Positions 37,685-41,770 of a DNA stretch of 41,770 nucleotides are shown piece after piece. The stretch lies in assembly GCA_040004075.1 (NCBI GenBank), contig JBDUBP010000275.1, positions 1 through 41,770 of the forward strand, written 5' to 3'. This DNA comes from Acidobacteriota bacterium (GTDB lineage Bacteria; Acidobacteriota; Thermoanaerobaculia; UBA5066; Gp7-AA6). The translations under genes and the position numbers were made by a program. The notes beneath the pieces were generated by a model. It had not been told where the DNA came from. It did not search any database and saw nothing but the letters and a program-made list of their open reading frames with translations. Numbering within the stretch: position 1 is the stretch's first letter; each line of letters opens with the position of its first letter.

Positions 37685-40600
37685 TCAGAATGAAACCTTC
37701 ACGCTCGCCCGGACTTCCCGGGGCGACTGTCGCAACTGTGCAGCGCCCCAGTTCTGCTGGGGCAACGGGTCTCCCAGGTTCAACCTCCCGAGGCGCTCGA
37801 AGTTCTTCTGGCTGTATTCCGGGGTGTTGGCCGGCGTGCAGCCTCCCGCGTTCTCGCAGAACGTACCATCCGGGTTGAAGCGCTCGTCGATCTTCAGGAC
37901 ACCCTGCCGGTTCAACGCGTTGAAAACGTAGATCGCCGGCGTGATCGACACCGGACCGGCTTTGATGGTGTATCCCAGCGAAAGGTTCGCTTCGTACTCG
38001 TACGGCAGACGGGCGCCGGAATAAATGGCGCTGTCCGATCCCCGCTGCACGAGGTGGAGCAGATCGGGGTAGAAGCTGTTGTAGAAGCCGGCGCGCGAAA
38101 CCGGCGCTCCGCTTCGGAGGTAGGTGCCGAAGCCAACGCTCAGGCCGAAGGGTGTGGTGTAGACCGCATCGAGCCGAAGCTGGTGCGGCCGATCCAGGAA
38201 CAGCCGGCCGTCGGCGTTCTTCAAGAAAAGCGGGTAGTCGTAATCGGCGTTGATGCCGGGGTCGGTCTGGCCGGAGGCGACCCGGACCGCTCCGTCGTAG
38301 TTTCCCCTCAACGTCGAATAGAGGTAGGAGAACTGGACCCAGGCGTTCTGCGTGAAGGTTTTGCGGGCTGTCAGCTCGATCCCCTTGAAGGTGCGCGAGG
38401 CCTTCGGCACCTGGGGAGCGCCGCTCGCGAAACACTCTCCCGCCGTGGGGGAAGTGAATTGGGACTCGGCGCTGTCGCACCAGCCGAAGGTGCTATTGGG
38501 ACCGCCGTCCCAGAATCCGCCGGAGCCGGGGTTGATGATCGCGCACGTGGAATTCTGATTGACCGGGTCCCCGTCGTCGAGGTCGCACCGGTCCTCAATG
38601 ACGCGGCCCAGTTTGCGGTATATCCCCTTCAATCCCACCGCGAAGGTGGGCGCCAGCGCCATCTCCGCCCCGAGGTTGAACTCATCCTGGTACTGTCCCT
38701 TGATGCCCGGTTCCGTCGGCTCGCTGGTCGCCCCCTGAAACAAGCTCTTACGCTTCGGAGGCCCGGTGCCGGGTCCGCCCGGCGTGGTGGAGATCGTCGA
38801 GTAGTTAAAGGTCTGTGTCTGGAATTGGTCGCCGTAATTTCGGACATTCAGGTCGTTGGGGAGGTTGTAATAGAAACGGCCGTAGGAGCCGAACAGCTTC
38901 GTCGAGCCGTCTCCCTTCCAATCGTAGACGAGTCCGACGCGGGGCTGCCACTCCTTGTTGAGGTCGATGGTCGTTTCATTCCTTTTGTTCTTGACCTTTT
39001 CGATGTCGAGCCGCACTCCCGCGTTGATCGAGAAACGAGGCGCGACCCGCCAGGTGTCCTGGACGAAGCCCGCATAAGCGTTCGTGGGAGGCGAGGAAAT
39101 ACTCTTGTCAAGAATCGTGAAGGAGCCGAGCGTGGGGGCGTAAAAGTCGTGCTGGTAGTAGACCCGCTTCGGCTCGCCGTAGAAGTTGGTAATGTTCACA
39201 CCCTCGCCCACCGGGCAGAAGCTCGAGGATGCGGAATTGCTGCTGCAAGTCCGGACGCGGACGCGCTGGCCGCCCGTGAAGAATGAAACGTCCGTGGTGA
39301 CGCTCTTGGCGTAATCGCCCCCGAGCCTGAACTCATGATTTCCAAGGTAAGCCGTGAACGAGCCGATGTACTCGTCTCGCTTACCCGTGTTGTTGAGCCT
39401 GTAACCCGGGACCTGGCCGAAGCCCTGAAGTTGGGGGAAGTTCGGATAGTCTTGAGGATGCGTCCGGTCCTGGATTCCTATGATCGACGGGTTAGTCGGC
39501 TGGAAGAAGTAGCGGTCGTTGTGTTTCGCGTACTGGAGCGTCAGCACGCCCACGGAACCAAAGAGCTGGTTGAAACGCCCGGCATAGTCTTCCGAGCCGA
39601 TGTCCCGGCGCCCCAGGGAGTCGTCCAGGTTGGTGCTGATGGGAGTGAAGATCGCGCCGTCATGGTGTTCCGGATCCCGGAAATAGGTCCCGACCAGGGT
39701 CGAGCCCTGCGCGATGTTCCAGGTCATCTTGCCCGAGAGAAGGTTGTATCGGATGTTTTCGGTGAAATCCTTGTTGTAGACGCCGAAGAATTGGGACGAA
39801 GACGACTTGGGAACGCGGTCGCGGTCGCCGTCCGAGTAGTTGTACGCCGTGAAGAACCAGAGGCGGTCTTTGATGACGTAACCGCCGAGGTCCGCCCCGT
39901 AATCGGCCGTCTTGACATTGTCAAAAACGCCGAATCGCGCGGCGACCCCGCCGTCGTCCAAGAGAGCGTCATCTGTCCGGAAGTCCTGCCTGGCGCGGAA
40001 GCTCTTCCCGGCGTAGTTGGCGAAGACGTCGCCATGAAACTCGTTGCCGCCGGACTTGGTGATGACGTTGATGATGCCGCCGGTGGCCCGGCCATACTCA
40101 GCCTGGTAGCCGCCGGTCTTGACCTCGACCTCCTGGATGAACTCACTGTTGATGATCTTGCCCTGCACCCCCCGGACGACGCTGTTCGTATTGACACCGT
40201 CGATGACGAACGTGTTTTCGGCGGAGGTGGAGCCGTAGACCGAGAGGGCCAAACCGCGCCCCTGGCGATCGCCGGTGTCTTCCTGCACCCCCGGCTGAAG
40301 TTTCACGACCGCGGCGTAGTTGCGGCCCAGCGGAAGCTTCTCCATGACCTTCGCGCTGTAGTTCGAGCCAGTTGTCGTGCTGGATATGTCTACGATCGGA
40401 GCCTCGCCGCTGACGATGACCGCTTCCTGGGCGGTGATCCTCAGGGTCATGTTGACCGTCGCGGTCGAGCCGAGCGTTATAAATGCCGTCTTCTCGCCGG
40501 CCGTGAAGCCGGAGAGCGCCGCCTTGACCTTATAGGTCCCCGGAGGAACCGAGGCGATGTGGAAATTGCCGCTGTTCGCGGTCACCCCCACGCGCGTGCC

Positions 40601-40765
40601 CTGCAGCGCGGGGCTCGTGGCTTCGACGGTGACGCCGGGAAGGGGTTTACCATCCGCATCGGTGATCGTCCCCTGGAGGTCCCCCGTCGTCTGCGCGAAG
40701 ACGGTAGGGACCGCCAGGAGAAGGCAAACGGACACGATGAGTGTCAGTCGGTATCCAGGCTTCAT
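37685..40765 (-). CDS. TonB-dependent receptor, Oar-like, with eight paired Cys
   Basis: Start reassigned to ATG 40765 (AAGGAGG RBS). Signal peptide ending AQ; GTITDADGKPLPGV; LPLGRNY; GGYQAEYGRATGGIINVITKSGGNEFHG; terminal Phe (VKVSF). Confidence 0.95.
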   Translation of the reverse strand: MKPGYRLTLIVSVCLLLAVPTVFAQTTGDLQGTITDADGKPLPGVTVEATSPALQGTRVGVTANSGNFHIASVPPGTYKVKAALSGFTAGEKTAFITLGSTATVNMTLRITAQEAVIVSGEAPIVDISSTTTGSNYSAKVMEKLPLGRNYAAVVKLQPGVQEDTGDRQGRGLALSVYGSTSAENTFVIDGVNTNSVVRGVQGKIINSEFIQEVEVKTGGYQAEYGRATGGIINVITKSGGNEFHGDVFANYAGKSFRARQDFRTDDALLDDGGVAARFGVFDNVKTADYGADLGGYVIKDRLWFFTAYNYSDGDRDRVPKSSSSQFFGVYNKDFTENIRYNLLSGKMTWNIAQGSTLVGTYFRDPEHHDGAIFTPISTNLDDSLGRRDIGSEDYAGRFNQLFGSVGVLTLQYAKHNDRYFFQPTNPSIIGIQDRTHPQDYPNFPQLQGFGQVPGYRLNNTGKRDEYIGSFTAYLGNHEFRLGGDYAKSVTTDVSFFTGGQRVRVRTCSSNSASSSFCPVGEGVNITNFYGEPKRVYYQHDFYAPTLGSFTILDKSISSPPTNAYAGFVQDTWRVAPRFSINAGVRLDIEKVKNKRNETTIDLNKEWQPRVGLVYDWKGDGSTKLFGSYGRFYYNLPNDLNVRNYGDQFQTQTFNYSTISTTPGGPGTGPPKRKSLFQGATSEPTEPGIKGQYQDEFNLGAEMALAPTFAVGLKGIYRKLGRVIEDRCDLDDGDPVNQNSTCAIINPGSGGFWDGGPNSTFGWCDSAESQFTSPTAGECFASGAPQVPKASRTFKGIELTARKTFTQNAWVQFSYLYSTLRGNYDGAVRVASGQTDPGINADYDYPLFLKNADGRLFLDRPHQLRLDAVYTTPFGLSVGFGTYLRSGAPVSRAGFYNSFYPDLLHLVQRGSDSAIYSGARLPYEYEANLSLGYTIKAGPVSITPAIYVFNALNRQGVLKIDERFNPDGTFCENAGGCTPANTPEYSQKNFERLGRLNLGDPLPQQNWGAAQLRQSPREVRASVKVSF

Positions 40766-40819
40766 CCGTGCCTCCTTAACGAAAAAGAGAGCCAAAAAAG
40801 AAAACCTCGAAATATTCAG

Positions 40820-40836
40820 AGCAATGTCATTGCCAG
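40820..40836 (-). promoter_or_regulatory. Sigma-54 (-24/-12) promoter
   Basis: Minus strand CTGGCAATGACATTGCT has exact GG-N10-GC spacing and matches TGGCA...TTGCW; about 55 nt upstream of the receptor ATG. Confidence 0.75.
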
Positions 40837-41107
40837 AAAGGCCAACTCCGTGGCTGAGCCTAAGTGCCTCCGGGGAAAAGAACAAGCGAAAAATCCCGAC
40901 GATGTCAGAGGCCGTCTAAAACACAGCTTCTTGAAGATTCATCCAACTTTTTGAACTCAACGCGGTCAGGTGCTGACTGACACGGCATTCCCCGAGTCGC
41001 GGAGAACCGCAGCTGATCAACCCTCCCATGGAGCGGATCGGCGAGCGCGAACAGCAAGTCCCGCGCCGAAGGATCCCCGGCCACCGAGAAGGCGGACCCC
41101 TTCGAGC

Positions 41108-41770
41108 TCACCGCTCTTTCGCCGAGCGGCCGCGCCAGGCGGCGGCTCCCCGCGGGTCGCCGATGGAATCGAGGGTCTTCGCCGCGAGCAACGCCGAGTC
41201 CCGGCCGGGGTTGGCCGCATACATCTTCTCGAGCAGGCCGTAGACATCCCTGACCGGGCGGTGCTGGACCGCATAGAGAATGGCAAGCCGCGCGTACGCC
41301 TCGGAGTTGGCCGGAAAGGATCGAATCTCTTCCTGGAAGGCCTGTTGCGCCTCTGCATAGCGCCCGAGACGCGCGAGAGCGTCCCCACGCAGGAACTGGA
41401 GGTTGCCGGGCGGCTGCTGCTCCTTTTCCCGGAGCCTCTTCAACGCTAAATCGAGAAGAGCCAGAGCTTGCAGCGGCTGGTCGCGCCGCAGGCGAACCTC
41501 GGCGATCAAGACGGCTCCGTCCGCCTCGACGCCGGAAGCCCTGGCCCCAAGAGAGACCTCGCGCTCGACGGCATCCAGATCGTTCCGGGCCAGGGCCACC
41601 CGCGCGAGCACCTCGTGGGCCTCGGCGGGCGAGTCCCGCATCGCGAGCCCGGCATTAAGCTCCGCCTCCTTCAGCTCGCCGAGCGCGAGGCTGACGCGGG
41701 CGAGTGCCAGCGAGATCGGACCCGCCGCCGACGGCGAGATCCGGATCGCCTCCTTGTAGGCCTCGGCCGC
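41108..41770 (-). CDS. TPR-repeat C-terminus of a larger protein (5' part outside window)
   Basis: The frame is open to the window edge (AAEAYKEAIRISP...); TPRs such as RGDALARLGRYAEAQQAF. Confidence 0.85.
   Translation of the reverse strand, partial: AAEAYKEAIRISPSAAGPISLALARVSLALGELKEAELNAGLAMRDSPAEAHEVLARVALARNDLDAVEREVSLGARASGVEADGAVLIAEVRLRRDQPLQALALLDLALKRLREKEQQPPGNLQFLRGDALARLGRYAEAQQAFQEEIRSFPANSEAYARLAILYAVQHRPVRDVYGLLEKMYAANPGRDSALLAAKTLDSIGDPRGAAAWRGRSAKER

Noticed and set aside
40936-40955. Possible IHF site upstream of the sigma54 promoter (ATCCAACTTTTTG)
   Set aside because: Two mismatches to WATCAANNNNTTR; too weak to call.

Overview
High-GC bacterial chromosomal window. Gene content (split cytochrome b6-type Rieske/cyt b complex, Oar-like TonB-dependent receptors, GWxTD protein, sulfatase-fold/TPR lipoproteins) suggests Acidobacteriota; this is inference only. 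About 32 supportable CDSs, from left to right: (1) a minus-strand respiratory operon of 4x[4Fe-4S] ferredoxin, HEAT membrane protein, Rieske, cyt b6 and a subunit IV-like gene; (2) a YyaL / CxCGC protein / HDAC operon, an S9 peptidase and an LssY_C protein; (3) a long minus-strand run of thiolase, GT2-like/SAM methyltransferase, scoA, scoB, lptD, rmlA, rmlB, rmlD (no rmlC), a phytol-kinase-like/DUF92 fusion, a UbiA prenyltransferase and a putative lipid-binding protein; (4) ruvX, mltG and a pseudokinase-TM-TonB_C fusion; (5) a ~14 kb minus-strand envelope cluster of a partial TPR gene, a probable sigma54-driven TonB-dependent receptor, a GWxTD protein, two non-canonical alkaline-phosphatase-superfamily/TPR lipoproteins, a second receptor and an unusual Dsb protein. 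Intergenic DNA in the first 27.7 kb carries about 11 degenerate heptamer tandem arrays, often as inverted pairs, plus two copies of a composite palindromic element and a 122-nt hairpin between rmlB and rmlD. Eight genes have TANNNT 6-9 nt before the start codon, consistent with leaderless or near-leaderless mRNAs. I saw no rRNA, tRNA, CRISPR array or transposase. Best candidates for new biology are the envelope cluster with the facing pseudokinase-TonB, and the VTE5/VTE6-like kinase fusion beside a UbiA prenyltransferase. All family assignments come from motif recognition by eye; no database searches were run.
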